A DNA stretch of 64,000 nt from Hydrolagus affinis (taxonomy: Eukaryota): contig JAAILG010000627.1 in NCBI GenBank assembly GCA_012026655.1, forward strand, positions 1-64,000, read 5' to 3'. Position numbers and translations under genes: made by a program. A model generated the notes under the pieces. The model worked only from the letters and a program-made list of their open reading frames with translations, had not been told where the DNA came from and did not search any database. Below, in pieces: positions 37,118 through 50,554 of this stretch. Each line of letters opens with the position of its first letter. The first letter of the stretch is position 1.

Positions 37118-40100
37118 GCAAAAATGTAGCATGCAGGTACAACAAGCAACTAGGAAGGCTAATGGCATGTTGGCGTTCATTACAAAAAAAATTAGAATAT
37201 AAGGGAAGGGAAGTCTTGCTGCAACTGTATGGAGCCTTGGTGAGACTGCATCCAGAATATTGTGGGCAGTTTTGGTCTCCTTATTTAAGAAAGGATATAC
37301 TGGTACTTGCCTTAGAGGGGGTGCAGCATAGGTTCACTAGGTTTGTTCCTGGGATGAGGGGGTTGAGCTATGAGGATAGTTTGAGTAAACTAGGCCTATA
37401 TTGTCTAGAATATAGAAGAATTAGACGTGATCTTATAGAAACCTATAAGATTATTAAGAGGCATGACAGAGTAGAGATTGGGAGACTGTTTTCCCTGGTT
37501 GGAGAAACTACAACTAGGGATCACCGTTTTAAGATTAGGGGTCAGCCTTTTTGCACAGATTTGAGGAAACGCTTCTTCACTCCGAGAGTAGTGAATTTAT
37601 GCAATTCTCTACCCCAGAAGGCTGTAGATGCTCAGTCCTTGTACATATTCAAGACTGAGATTAATAGATTTCTTAGGGATAAAATAATTAAGAGATATGG
37701 GGATAAGATGGGCAGGTGGAGTTAGATTAGGAGATCAGCCATGATCTTGTTGAATGGCGGGGCAGGCTTGAGGGGCCGAATGGCTAACTGATGCTCCTTA
37801 TTCTTAAGTTCTTATGTTTTTCCTCTTGCCTATTATTAAAAGTCCCAGGCCAGGAATGGAGAAAAGCTGCAGAGCACCTCTCTGTAGCTTAGCTATAGCT
37901 TGCGTTATCTTTATTATTTACTTCAGGCAACTAAATTGGATTGGAAGCAACATGTGGGTGAATGATAAATTCGCTCACCCACATAAAAGCTCAAAAGCAA
38001 CAAAGGAACCTGATTGTGTTATTCAGGTTTCTATGATGTATGTTATCTTTTTGCTTGTTGCAGTAATAGTCAAGGGCAAGGTGACTGACTATATGATTCA
38101 AGATACAATCAGTAATAAGAACAATGGATATCTGACACCAAAAGTGTAAAATTACAGAATCCTTTTCCTGTTCTGCCAGGTTATCTTCTAACCCTAAAGC
38201 ATGCAGAAGAATTCAATATTTGGTTTATGAGTTAGAAACATGTTACTGCTGTGGAATACTCCAAAAGAGCCATATCTTTCAGTCTAAATTTGAAAGCAAT
38301 TCAGATTCCTTGTGAACGCCCACCCAGATATCGGAGAGCAAAGTAATGTAGCTCAGAGCAAAGAAAGGGAAAAGAGTCAACTTAGAAAGAAACCAGAAAA
38401 TAATAACTTCTGGAGCTCTCAGATGGAAAGACAGAGGTGAATAAACATCAGCAATGAGATGTTATAGCAGTATTCCGAACCATGTAAAGAGCACAGGGAT
38501 GCGAGCAGAACCAGTGTAGCTGAAGCCCTTTATTTAAGTACAACTAGTAAGTGTTTTTCAAGAGTGCAGTCAGCCTTATTGCGTTCCATCTCTATGTCCT
38601 CAGCCCACGTCTGATAGCAATTGAAAACAATTGCAGCTCATCTTGCCTTTCATTACAGTTACAGTGGGAGCACAACTGGTTTGGATTTATGATAGCCTGC
38701 TTGAATTTGCAGTAAATAGATAATTGCAGAATTCATGTACGAAACTGGATTTTTGTCGAACGACATATTTAACCTAGGCATGATGCATAGATGATTGAGT
38801 TTGGTAATTGCAACTGATTCAGGAAACATCGAGTAGTGCCTGCTGTATTTTAGGTTATGTGCACGGTATAAAAGCTCTATTCTATTCAGAAAATAATCAC
38901 CAGCCAAAAAACATCACACACATTGTTACCTAAACGTCCACACAAGGAATATTTGGAGCAAGTATTGTCAATGTTGAAACACTACCCTGCTTGAAGGGTG
39001 CTATATGTATGCAAGTTGTTGTTAAGTGTACAATACCTCTTTACACTTTTGTAACATTGAGCTTCTCTATGTCGTACCATACTGGATTTATTCAGGCTTT
39101 TAGCATTCATGCTTCTCTGATCTACTTCGCCACTATCCCATCATGGCTTCTTCACAGTTGAAGGGATGAAGCTTTGTACGAATGAGGCAGCGAAATAGTT
39201 ACATGCGTGCCAGTCAGCTGTGTAATGAATGATTTAATGGTGAAAGCAGATTGTGTGTGAGGAGCTGGCATGCAACCACTTTAGACCTTCCCAAGGTCCA
39301 ACAAAGCTGCTTTCTTCCCAACTTTATATCAGCTCGCATTCATGAACATGTGCTTTCAGACCCAGAGCTATGTAATACAACCTTGATATGTTTCCACCAC
39401 TGCTTGCAAACATCCCGTGTAAGTGAACTCCTAAAGCCCTAGGAGACTACTTGGTAAAATACCTCCCACATTGTGACCTTAGCAAAAATGGATATTACAC
39501 AGTGTAATTTTATATTAATAGCCAATGTAGTGGCATTCAGAAGCTGCGTTGCAGCCCATTGAAGCACACTGGAAAACACATTATGTGAGTACTGGTTCTG
39601 TGGATTGGATTCCTTTCTCCCCAGAAGAGCCTCAATGAGTTCAGTAACCAAACACTTGTGTCAAAGCAAAGGGGAAACAGGAAATTAGATATCTGTGGAG
39701 TGTAGTTGAGGATTTAACCCACACAGATAAGCTGTTCACAACAAAATATACAATATAGGGGGCTGCCTTAAAGGGAGCGTCCCCAAAAAACTATGTGCAC
39801 AACCTGTGTGCTGTGAACCTATTCACACTCCCCACTAAGAAGGGAGGGATAGGGAAGTGGGGGTACATGACCTCATTTGTAAGTGTGTCCTGCAAAGGAT
39901 GGCAGAACCCCGAAGCCTGTGGTCCGTTCAGCAAACCAGGTTGCTGGTCGCAGTATCACTGTCTGAGACAATTCTAAATATATATCAACAAATAGATATA
40001 TATTTTAAACAAAGATAAAAGCAGGGGTATAACAATTGCACGTTAAAAATTTATTTTAAAAATAATCAATTAATTATTTATTAATTAATTAATTCAGATA

Positions 40101-41672
40101 TTAGTTAGCATGACCTTTTTTTTCGTTAGTAAAGACAGAAAGGAGGAAAGGTTGTTTACTCTCTTTAGGGAATAATTTATTCTCCTTCCCTACTTTGTTA
40201 AAGGAGGCTTCAAGAATTTGTTCCTGGGATTCCACTCGGCTAATCTTGTACATTTCAGCGCAAATGTAAAACAAGGAAAGAAGAGTGTAATGTACCAATG
40301 AATGACATCTTATACATCAGACATCAAATCAATGTGAGAAGCTACCTGATCATTGTTTTACAGATTCAAAGTACAGTACTGTACTTGGTTATTTTCTTGT
40401 TCCCAAAACTTTACAACATATTTATCTGGAAAATTAACTTTCAGAGTGAGAGAATTTATCGAGCAAGCCACTATTGTGCAAACTTTCACTCAATCCGATA
40501 AAAAGCATGACAGACAGCATCTTAGTGCAATTCTGAGGAGTGAACGCAGGCATATTCATGATAAATATTAAAAGCTGCAGACACTCTGGAAATGGGGGGA
40601 AAGTTAGACTTAATTTGCATTGAGTTTCTTCTATTGAATGCCTGTAATATGATCAAAGATGTACAGTATATTCAATATACACTCTCAGTATAATAGTGAT
40701 TTTTTTTAAACCCAAGAGTGCACTCTCCTATAATGTATTGAAGAACATTTAAACACAGCCTTACCAATTCAACCATCTATTGTGATCTCATGCATTTTGC
40801 AAATAACAGCAGGGATTAAACTCGCCTGCAGAGAATCCTAGCAGTTTAGCTATAATGCTTAAAAAGGGATTGGATAAATTACACTGTCTGGGCCAAATGC
40901 CACCAATGCAGATTCCTGCACTGATTCTTCAGTTAAGTTATGAATTTGCCTGAAAAGAAACAAACCCAGCATAACAGAGCGATGCTGCGGGATTGTACTT
41001 CATTGTTGAAGCTTACATCCCCACTCTGTACAAAAGTAGACTTGATCCCGAGCTAAGCCAGTGTTATATTCAACTAAACTATTTTGAACCTTAGGTATGG
41101 CAAGACACTGACTTCATCTTCCTGTATTTAAATGGCTATCGCCTCACCACTACGATTATTAGCAGGTTGCATATATAAGGATAGGGACATCTATAAAGAT
41201 ACACATATTTGAAGCACATTTCTGTCTGTAGATACTGTATCAATTTCTGAAATTGACTTGGTTTATTGCTTAATTGGTTGAGTCATACCTTTATATCAAC
41301 TGTGTCTTCCTGCATAGCAACTTTGTCATTCTCATGACTGTGATATTGGGTGGATTGCAGTGAAATCCTACCAGTCATTTAAACGATAGACTGATATTGA
41401 TCTGAATAGTTGTTATTAACTGGGAAGATGGTTGATAAGTTGACAAAAGAATATTAATGCAGATGTATTTTTGATGCAGAAGAGACAGACAGAAATGTCA
41501 GTTGTGTCAGAGAGTAGCTGAAATTGCACAAGATGTTTGTGAGATGGAGAATACTCATCAATGTAAGAGATAGAGATAGGGGGAAATGCATATTGAGCTA
41601 AGTAGATAATGTGGGAGTGAACATGTAGCGAGTGGGGTGTAAGTGAATGTGAGGTGTGATGGTAGATAGATG

Positions 41673-41772
41673 AATATTAATCCTTGCATTTAATGTGAAA
41701 TCTAAAATGTTGAAATGCTTCTAAGCATTTCACAGAGAACTGCTATCAAGTGTAGTGACTGTATATTTGTGC
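41673..41772 (-). mobile_element. SINE 3' tail, diverged
   Basis: atccttgcattt...gcatttcacag...gtgtagtgactgtatatttg. Confidence 0.65.
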
Positions 41773-41844
41773 TTCACATACGTAATTGCGGTGTGGGTGA
41801 ACATCAGCAAGAGACAACAATAGGTAGAAATGAATGAGAACGTC

Positions 41845-42130
41845 CTAAGGCTTGGAACAATCAGTGTTTCAGACCCGAGCTGGGGATTGTTTTCAGGGAG
41901 AATGGAGGGCTAGGGGTGGGGTATGGGGGGAAGGGGTGTGTCCGAAGGCACAGTCTAAGCAGAGGATCTTGAAATTGGTCTTGAAGGAGGCAAGGAAGGG
42001 TGCGAGGTGGAGGGACTGCGGGTTGGAGTTCCAGAGGGTGGGTGCTGAGTAGCTGAAGGCTCGCTCGCCAATGGTGGGGCGGGCGAGGTAGGGTACATGA
42101 AGCAGGCCAGAGCCTGCTGAGAGAGGGAGC
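41845..42130 (-). mobile_element. L2 LINE 3' fragment
   Basis: The minus strand encodes SGLLHVP...TIGERAFSYSAPTLWNS...LASFKTNFK. Confidence 0.85.
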
Positions 42131-42280
42131 GGGCAAGTTACACAAGTGGGAGAAGTTAAATAGGAGTAATAAAACCAATGACAAGAAAACCTAGAGATTG
42201 AAAACGATTTCACACCATTCTCAAAGATCTCAGAAACTGAAGGGATACCTGTGGTGCTTTGAGTTACAGTATGTATCTTT

Positions 42281-42305
42281 CACACACACACACAGACACA
42301 CACAC
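42281..42305. repeat. (CA)n microsatellite
   Basis: cacacacacacacagacacacacac. Confidence 0.9.
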
Positions 42306-43221
42306 TAAACAGATGCATATGTAACATTCAGCGCCACAGTCCTGCCTTTACTGGAAAGGTATGGCATCGACAGAAGTGACCATTTGCAAACGTTACACAA
42401 ACTATTGTTGTGTTGAAAATGAAAGGGGGGCTGTTACTCTTTCCCTGCTTCAAGATAGCGTAATCCCCCGACTGTCCAGCCTTCCAAAACTGTCTTTAGA
42501 CTGCATTCTTTAACTGCACTATACAAGCACAAAGACTATAGCTAAATTATACGGGGAAGCTGGAATCATTTTATTTTTGCAGAAAAAATGATACAACCTG
42601 TTTTAGCTGAACTGTTTTGTTGGAATCCTCATTAATCTTCAGTTCCAACATCTGTGTTTGCTTCCTTTCGCTCCCTTCTCTTTTCTTTTTTGTTCTCTCT
42701 CGGCCCGTTTTCCTTCCTTTCCCCTGCCTTCTCTCTCTCTTAAATGACACAGTATAAATGCATTGAATAAACTAGGTGTAACGTGAGGGGTGGGGGAATG
42801 TATGTGCATAGCCAATATGTTCAATAAGTTTGAAAAAAAAGCTGCATATTGTACTGTGCACATCCTAAGGTTTATATGACTTTTATGGAGTGAGCTGAAC
42901 AAGCACAGGCAAGCTGGAACTATTTTATTTTGGGCTATAAATCATACATGACCGGGTAAATGCAAAGGCAATCAGAACTGACGAAACATTTGCGCTGTCT
43001 CTCTCTGAAGTGTACTTATTGTAACATCTTACGATCATCACCCACCTTTGCTGCAATGTGTAAAATTCACAGTCACTTAATTTTCCCTCTTGCTTCCATT
43101 CCTTCTCTTTTCTTTCTATAAAAATCTTTTAAATGCCTGCCTGGTTTCTTCCTGTTGCCATTTCACCATTCTGTTCCCCGTGGTGTTACTTTTCCCTCAC
43201 GCTGTCCCTGTGTTTGATGTC

Positions 43222-43352
43222 AATAATAATAAATAATAATCCTTGCATTTGATGTAGCGCCTTATCACGCCTTCGAGATGTCTCAGAGCGCTTCACAGAA
43301 TATACTGTAAAGTGAATTGACTGCATATTTTGCAGGTGAAACGCAGCAGCTT
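43222..43352 (-). mobile_element. SINE 3' tail, well preserved
   Basis: ccttgcatttgatgtagcgccttatcacgccttcgagatgtctcagagcgcttcacag. Confidence 0.9.
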
Positions 43353-44679
43353 TGCGTTCTATACTAAGAATGCTTGGGTGAAACAAATTAGATACATTTG
43401 AGATGTGCAATGCTAATAACAAAGCGACATTAACATTATGAGACTTACATGAGTTTTGTGGATTGACCCTAGCAAGATTTGAAATAGTTCTATTTCCTGC
43501 ACAGCAGCAAGTGTCAGAGTTAATTTACTTTAATAAAATCATATTGGAAATGACTGTTCAATGTATCTTTTGTTGCTATTGCATTAGGAATTTCAACCTT
43601 GACAGACTTTTGGCTTTGCATAATTTTCTTATACCACAGACTTCAAATACAATATCTTTACACAATGCTCCGTAAAAGTTTTATTTAGCACCTGTGAAAT
43701 ATTTTAAACATGCTCAGATCTAGGAAGAAAGAAATTGCATTTTGTGGCAAGCATGGACTTTAACCAAGCACTATGCTATTTTGAAGAGAAACTACATATT
43801 AAATAGTCAAACTCAGAACCGTCGTTACCTGAACACTTAAAGGGAACAGTCACGTTGGAGGCTATCTCAAATTTTATCCAATTAAAGCAAGTTTGGAAGT
43901 TAATGAGATTTTGATAAAACACAACACTCTACAAAATGAGTTGATGAGATTTATTGAATGCTTTCAAAGTTATTTGTCAAAGTCATCACAAAAGTTCTGA
44001 TGTACAGTCAATGGTGGCTGTCTTGAGATTCAGCTTGGAAAAATAGTGAGACATTGATGGTAGTGTCTAAACAATGCGATTGTGTAGAGCGTAGTGTGCC
44101 TGTATTATTCATAATAATTGGTGTGAGTGCAAACCCTATCCTTGTTGAACTGAAAACAAAAGTAAATAGATGACCAGCTCGTATAAACTGCTGAGTAGTT
44201 GGATGCAACTCTTTTCTGAATCAGTCAGTACAACGAATTACTGGCTGTCAGGTATCTTGGATATTACACAGAGAACCAATAAGCTAATAATAGGAAGTTA
44301 CTTGTGAAGTTTGATGATAAGCAAGTGCCATGAACTGACACTTTTTTCTCTCTCGTTGAAAGAAAATAAGCTTTCGTCAGGCGAGTTATGATGTTCATGA
44401 GAAGTTGTTATTATTGCTGGCAGCTATCCTGTTCCAATTGTAAGTGACTTATGAAGGTTCTTCAGGTAGTTATGTGTGAAATGTAAGGAGAATGAACTGA
44501 AGAATTTGCTCAGAGATACCCAGTGTGTGTGGCCACCCCATGATCAAAGCAAACGCTGTCATCAGTAGCATCCTTTTCAGTAGAATGGGTATTAATCTTC
44601 TGTCAATGTAATCAAAGCAAACTTGCATTTTCTGGTTAGTTAATAATAACTTTTCCATTTCATAATACGCCACATCAGG

Positions 44680-44900
44680 ATTTTATGTAAACTGTAGTAA
44701 CTGTGTGTTTTGTAGGCAAACACAGCGACCAATTCTCAAACAGTAATATCAGACAATCAGCCATGAAGTGAATGACAAATTGTATTCAGGGGATTGTTGA
44801 CCAGGATACCAGGAGAATCTTCCTTCTCTTTTTGACTTTTGTCAAAGCATCTTTGTCGTCCACTTAAACAGACAGAGAGCATCTCGGTTTAATGTGCTTC
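44680..44900 (-). mobile_element. Deu-domain SINE fragment
   Basis: tttgtaggcaaacacagcgacc...gaccaggataccaggag...tctcggtttaatg. Confidence 0.7.
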
Positions 44901-44982
44901 TCTGTGACCTGTCATGGGACCTTTGGATCAGATGAAATTATGTGCACTTTTTCTCATAGTTAGCATTTGAAATTTGTCAGAA

Positions 44983-45545
44983 CAATAACAAAATTACACT
45001 TGTATAGCACCTTTCACGTCAGGAGGATGTTCCAAGGTATTGGGCAGTCATTGTTTCAGATCCCAGTTGGGGGGGCAGGGGGGTAGAGGGAAAGCGGGGG
45101 ATTTGAGTTGACCGATGGGACTGTCGAAGAGAAGGGTCTTGAGGCGGGACTTGAAGGACACTAGGGAGGGGGCAAGGCGGATGGATTGCGGCATGGAGTT
45201 CCAAAGGTTCGGGGCAGAGTGAATGATGGTTCTCCCTCCAATGTGGGGCGGATGGGTTGGGCGACATGGAGCAGGCTGGAGCCTACTGAGTGGAGGGGGC
45301 AGGCAAGTTGGTAGGGGGTTAGGAGGTTGCAGAGATAGGGTGGGGAGAGACCATGGAGTACTTTGAATGTGAGGACCAGGACCTTGAATTGAATCCTTTG
45401 GGTGATGGGGAGCTAATAGAGTCGTGCGAGGAGGGGGAGATGGGGTCACAAAGCTTGGAATGATAGAGCACATGGCCCACAGATTATCTGGATTATCTGA
45501 AGCCTGTAGAGGGAGGAATTGGGAAGGCCGACAAGCAGGAACATT
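44983..45545 (-). mobile_element. L2 LINE 3' fragment
   Basis: The minus strand encodes IGGRTIIHSAPNLWNSMPQSIRLAPSLVSFKSRLKTLLF and LVGLPNSSLYRLQIIQ; tail at about 44985-45040. Confidence 0.9.
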
Positions 45546-45709
45546 TTGAAGGGTAAAGTGCAGGGCACTGGGTTACAGCTCTGCCTTTTTCCCTTTTTAA
45601 AAAAAAATCTGTAGATTTCAAATGCTAAACTAAGTTTCAGTAGCAAGGGGAAGAGGTACTAGATGCAGATTCTGACAACATTCAATTTTTCATGAAACAA
45701 ATCTACCGG

Positions 45710-46470
45710 TTAGGAATAGCAGAAAGAAAGGCGAGTTAATAAAGGCAAAATAAACCCCTCTCTCAAAATACTGTTTGAAGTTGAACTTTGGAGTGAAACA
45801 TCGTAACACAGATTAGCCTCTGAAAAGAATGTCATGTCTGTCACAGAGCCATTTGAGGTCGTTTCAACAATTCTGTTACTCTGGCTGTCAGAAGACTCCA
45901 AGGAGGTTTGACTGGTGACATCCCTGAGCTGCAAGGAAGAGGTTGGCAGGTGTCAGTTGAGTGCACTTAGCAAGTTGATGAAAGAGCAAGCAAGGCTGCC
46001 TGGCTAACCATCCTTAGTTATTTTGCATGTTCAGAGCCAGGGATGGTTCTTCTACCAGTTGATGGAAGACAACCCTCACAGAGCAGTGTTGGTGTCTTGT
46101 TTTCAGGACACATCCTGCCTACGATTTCCAAGGTAAGACCCAGGGTGATTGACTTCCACGGCTGACATGTCACTTTGTGTTTTACAGGTGATACGGATGA
46201 TGACCTCTTCATTTTCACAAAGACTCCCGCATGCAAGACGATGCCCTCGATTTTCGGGTTTGGCTGTGTGTATCCCCTTGAATGTTGGCTTGCACTTCAC
46301 AGCAGTCATCTTCCTTCTTCCTGTTTCTTCTTTCTTTGACATAGTAGAAGCTTCTAAAGAACTGGTGATTTTTGGCACAATGTTGTGTGGACACGACATA
46401 CAATTCTGATACATAGTCTGATTAGATTTGAAGAGCATAAGCCATTGAAATGCAGGTTTGCTTTCAACCT
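45710..46470 (-). pseudogene. Candidate coding or decayed exon of unknown protein
   Basis: Acceptor ttttttctttacatttcttag (AG at 46472-46471) followed by about 122 open codons to the stop at 46103; the same frame reopens over about 45952-45710. No homologue recognised. Confidence 0.3.
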
Positions 46471-47121
46471 CTAAGAAATGTAAAGAAAAAACAATTATGA
46501 AAGCCAGGTGTATCTTGCCATGTAATACTGCTCATGATGTTAAATTAGTGTACATTGGATACCAATGTCCAAATCGCTACAATGCTATCCTGGGTGAAAG
46601 GCACCATTATAAATACAAGTTGTTGATCTTTTAAAATTATTTGTAATGTTAAAAAGTAATGTTAATCTTCTCTGGAGGAACCATAAGGTGATTACTTTCC
46701 TCAGTATCTGACATCTGTTGCTTGGCCTCTTTCTTTCTGGTAACCTTTCTTTTTCAAGGTCAGTAAAGCTGCTCTTTGCTGTCCTCTACGTCCTTCATCA
46801 TTTTGAAGGTTTGATTTTATTTTTAGGCGATTGTAGCTGAGGCTCCTCAGTGAACCATGAAATCAGGAATGTTTCCCCCCCCCCCCCACCCAATATTGTA
46901 TTTGTAATGCTGGATTCGTGCAGCAGATTGAATGTAATCGTGATAATAATGTGTTGTGAATTCCTTGGCAATGTGAAATTTATGACATTACCTACCATTA
47001 CTGCTTCTTAATATATTAAAGGTCTCCCAAACTCTGAGAATAGTTTAAAAATAGTTAAAGTCTGAAAGGGTAAATTCATTCAATGAAAAATACTGCACAT
47101 GACATTTTCTTGTCGTTACAG

Positions 47122-47226
47122 AACAATTTACATTTATATAGCACTTTTCAGGTCAGGGAAACGTTTTAGAGCTTTTTCACAAGATTTATATGAAGTGTAG
47201 TGACTGTGTATTTTGTAGGTGAACAT
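47122..47226 (-). mobile_element. SINE 3' tail
   Basis: ttacatttatatagcacttttcaggtcagg...gtgtagtgactgtgtattttgtagg. Confidence 0.75.
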
Positions 47227-48699
47227 TTGTTGAAGCTTACAACATTCTGAGGAAAACAAAATACTGTGTTATGGTGAGTAACTGGAAGAGATTTTATCCA
47301 CATACCATTTTTCCCCTCCAACTAAACTTCGGAAATCCCTTGCAGTCATTGAATAAATCATATTTTGCTAACATTGTTCTCCCTCACTCTCTTTCTCTGG
47401 CTGTTGAAAGTGTGAAATGGGGCCTATTGGACAGTTTCTGGACATTCATCACAAAACACAATTTGTCCGTACTTTGTGGAGCAAACGCCTTGCAGAATCA
47501 CAAATCACTTTCAGACGTAACCACACAATAAAATGAATCCTTTCACAGGAAGGTCAGAGTTAAAGGGTGTCCAGAAAGAGCAGGAAGTGAAATGGGGTCA
47601 GGTTATTTTTTTTAAAATTTAATTAGGAGGCGATTGCTTTTTTTTGCCTCACTTAAAACACATGAACTGGAGAACTTGTGTTTAAACTCAGAGTCTGTGC
47701 TCTAGATATTGGGAACAGACATGAAAACAATAACATAGGGGACAATTGGTTAAACATTACACACTACAGTGCCGTGTCTTCCTTGATGGTAGTGTCTTCT
47801 TGCAAATTATCCACTTTATTTTTGCTAAAATCATCCAAAAACCTTACTGTGCTTTCGGCAGAACTTTTCCTCCTTTGAATTATTACAACAAAGTGACTCT
47901 GGAGGTCTGAGCATTATAGGCAGAGGAGCAGCATTTAAAAACAAATTATGTGAGCGTTAATATATTAAAAGTTAGCTTTTTTTAAATACAGAGTTTGGAG
48001 ACGGGTTTGGCCTGTAGGGATAGGTGCCTCTCACAGGTCTGACCAGATTTTATACAACACCTCGGTGATAAAAAAAAACAAGGGCGAGGCTGAAAAAAGT
48101 CAGAACATGTCATCTTTTCCTCCGAATGTGGAGTTTATTGCAGCACATACCTGGAGCGAGACCTTTCTCATGCAATAAAAAGGCACAGAACGAAACATGT
48201 GTCTTATGCGACTGAGCGATTCGACAGTGTGCTTGCTTCAGGGCATCGCCCATTCTGGTACCGTAAGAAGAGGAATGTATCACAATCATCCCACGTGTGT
48301 GTAAAACGAAAAGCCACACTAATGAAAAGCAAATGCCCTCACACAATCACAACAAGCAGCATCACGCTGAGAGGAAGGATCCTTATAACGTATTCAGTTC
48401 ATTTTTCAGGACGTGGCTTTTATGCCTCATTTGTACTGCTGGAGTGATTCGTCACTCGGAGTGGGAAACTGGATTTATACATCCCACTCCAACATTGTTG
48501 CCCCCAGGGGCTTGAGCAGAGCTCTAAGTATGTGCAACTAAGCTTAATGTTATTAAGGAGTCAGGAGTGCAACTGGCTCTCCCTGCACATTAGGGAGCTG
48601 AAGGTTGGACGATGGACCGCACAAGAACTTTTAAAACTTTTAAAAATGTTTTCAATTCCTTTGCACAAACATGATTTGTGCCGCAGCTGATGCCCTGGC

Positions 48700-48912
48700 T
48701 TGATAATAAGAATTTTTGCATTTGATAAATCACCTCTCATGTTGGGAGGGCATTGCAAAATGCTTCACAAGAGTAACTGGGAAGCGTAGTGGCTGCGTAT
48801 TTTGTAGGTAAACACAGCAGAGCAATGTCCCAAATTGTTTAGAGCGCAGTCCCACAAATAGCCATGAAGTGAATTACCAATTTTATGCGTAGGAGGATTG
48901 TTGGCCACAGCA
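48700..48912 (-). mobile_element. SINE 3' half
   Basis: ttgcatttgata...atgcttcacaag...tattttgtaggtaaacacagcag...gtcccacaaatagccatgaagtgaat. Confidence 0.75.
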
Positions 48913-49361
48913 GGATTGTTGATTCTGAAACCACCTCCTCAGCTGGTCTGGGGCAGCATGCCTCTGGTTGAGTCAAGTGCTGGTCAGATGCACAAACGGG
49001 GTTCATTGAATACTAATTAAACTGCATAAATTTGCCATTTGCTTTTAATCCCTGGATTATTCAGGAGTGTTTCTGTCACTGGAAAGTGGGAGTGAGATCC
49101 GGTTAATTCTAGAAAGGAGAGGAATTGAAAGATACAAGTGGAAATTGATACACTGAGGTCTATCAGTGACAAATGCTAAAAGGAATGTCACTCTTGTAGG
49201 ACAAAGATCCCAAGCATTAGCAGTCGGTGAGTGATGGACTTCATTATCCCTCTAAACTGTAACCACTTGCTTAATGGTTGACTAGTTACAAAATCATTTA
49301 AAAAATTGTATGAGAGGAGAAATACTACATGTGCCTAAATTTATACTATTTATGTAATATT

Positions 49362-49900
49362 TTCCAATGCCCTTCTCGCCGCTCTCGTCTCCACCACAAT
49401 CCACAAAATCCAACTCATTCAAAACTCTGCCGCCTGCATACTCACCCGTACCAAACTTCGCTCCCCCATTACCCCAGTCCTTGCCAGACTTCACTGGCTC
49501 CCTATCCCCGAGAGGATCGACTTCAAGATCCTCACCCTTGTCTTCAAATCCCTCCACTCCTCTGCACCCCCACTACCTCTCTGACCTCTCTCCTCAAACC
49601 AGCTCCCGTTGCCTTCGCTCCACTGGGTCTGGCCTCCTCCATGTCCCCTGAATCCTCTGCTCCACCCTCGGCGGCCGTGCCTTCAGCCACTATGCCCCAA
49701 GGCTCTGGAATTCCCTTCCTCACTACCTTCGCCTTGCCCCCTCTTTTCTCAGCTTCAGGTCACAGCTGAAGACCTTTCTCTTCGACCGCGCCTTTGGTCA
49801 CCTTTCTACCCCTGGCTTGGTCCTGGGATCCGCTATTGTGAAGCGCTCTGAGATGCCGTCCGGCGTGGAGGGCACTATATAAATCGAAGTTGTTGTTGTT
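49362..49900 (+). mobile_element. L2 LINE 3' fragment, relatively young
   Basis: Encodes IQNSAACILTRTKLRSPITPVLARLHWLPIPERIDFKILTLVFKSLH; CpG-rich; (TTG)n end. Confidence 0.92.
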
Positions 49901-50554
49901 ATTTTAGAACATGCAAGGTTTGGTGAATTCTCTAATTTGCATAATTTGTAATTTTGCAATATCATTTGTTGATTCAATACAGCTTTAATTGTAAAGCCAG
50001 ATTCCTGTAAATTCTTTTAAGACTGAATTCAACAATTTGACAATTTCTGGAGGCTCTAAATGTTATATAAAAAGAGTAAATCTAGCTCCAAGTGGAATTT
50101 CTCCCCAGTAATTCCTTTGCAATCGTATTTCCACATGATGCGCTACTCAGTAAGTCTTATCTGAAATCCAAACTCTAACTTTGGAAAATTGGATTCAACT
50201 TTCAGATCATTCACATTACGCACTGATGGGCCACATATGTAATATTAATTCAATCATGAATAATGCCACAATCAAGTTTTCTGATTAAAAATAATTGCAT
50301 CTTGCACGATGTGATTTTATCCCTGGCATTTCATGATTGAATCAACAGAGTATTTGGAAGGAGAACTGCATCAATTTCCATGTTTCACATACTATGAAGT
50401 ATAGAGGGAACCCTCCATAAACTTACCAATTCAGCACTGGTCAATGTATTGCTTCCATCTTACAATCCCAACTGATGGCTATGGAGGTAGACTTGCACTT
50501 GGCTGGTCGCTGGCTATCTCTGCTCTATGTTATAAAACATGATACTTTGATAAG

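Larger units (their letters stand above)
36205..37815 (+). mobile_element. CR1 LINE, 5'-truncated, interrupted by a Penelope insertion
   Basis: RT motifs SGVPQGSVL and ISKFTDDTKL near 36230-36350; C-terminus LYGALVRLHPEYCGQFWSPYLRKD...RFTRFVPGMRGLSYED...VVNLCNSLPQKAV; tail ttcttaagttcttatg. Confidence 0.95.

Noticed and set aside
37072-37725. Longest ORF (217 aa) as a host gene
   Set aside because: It is a chance read-through from the Penelope pLTR into the CR1 ORF2 C-terminus, not a cellular gene.
45935-46105. Selenoprotein-like TGA read-through
   Set aside because: The in-frame stops include TAG as well as TGA, and no SECIS element was identified.
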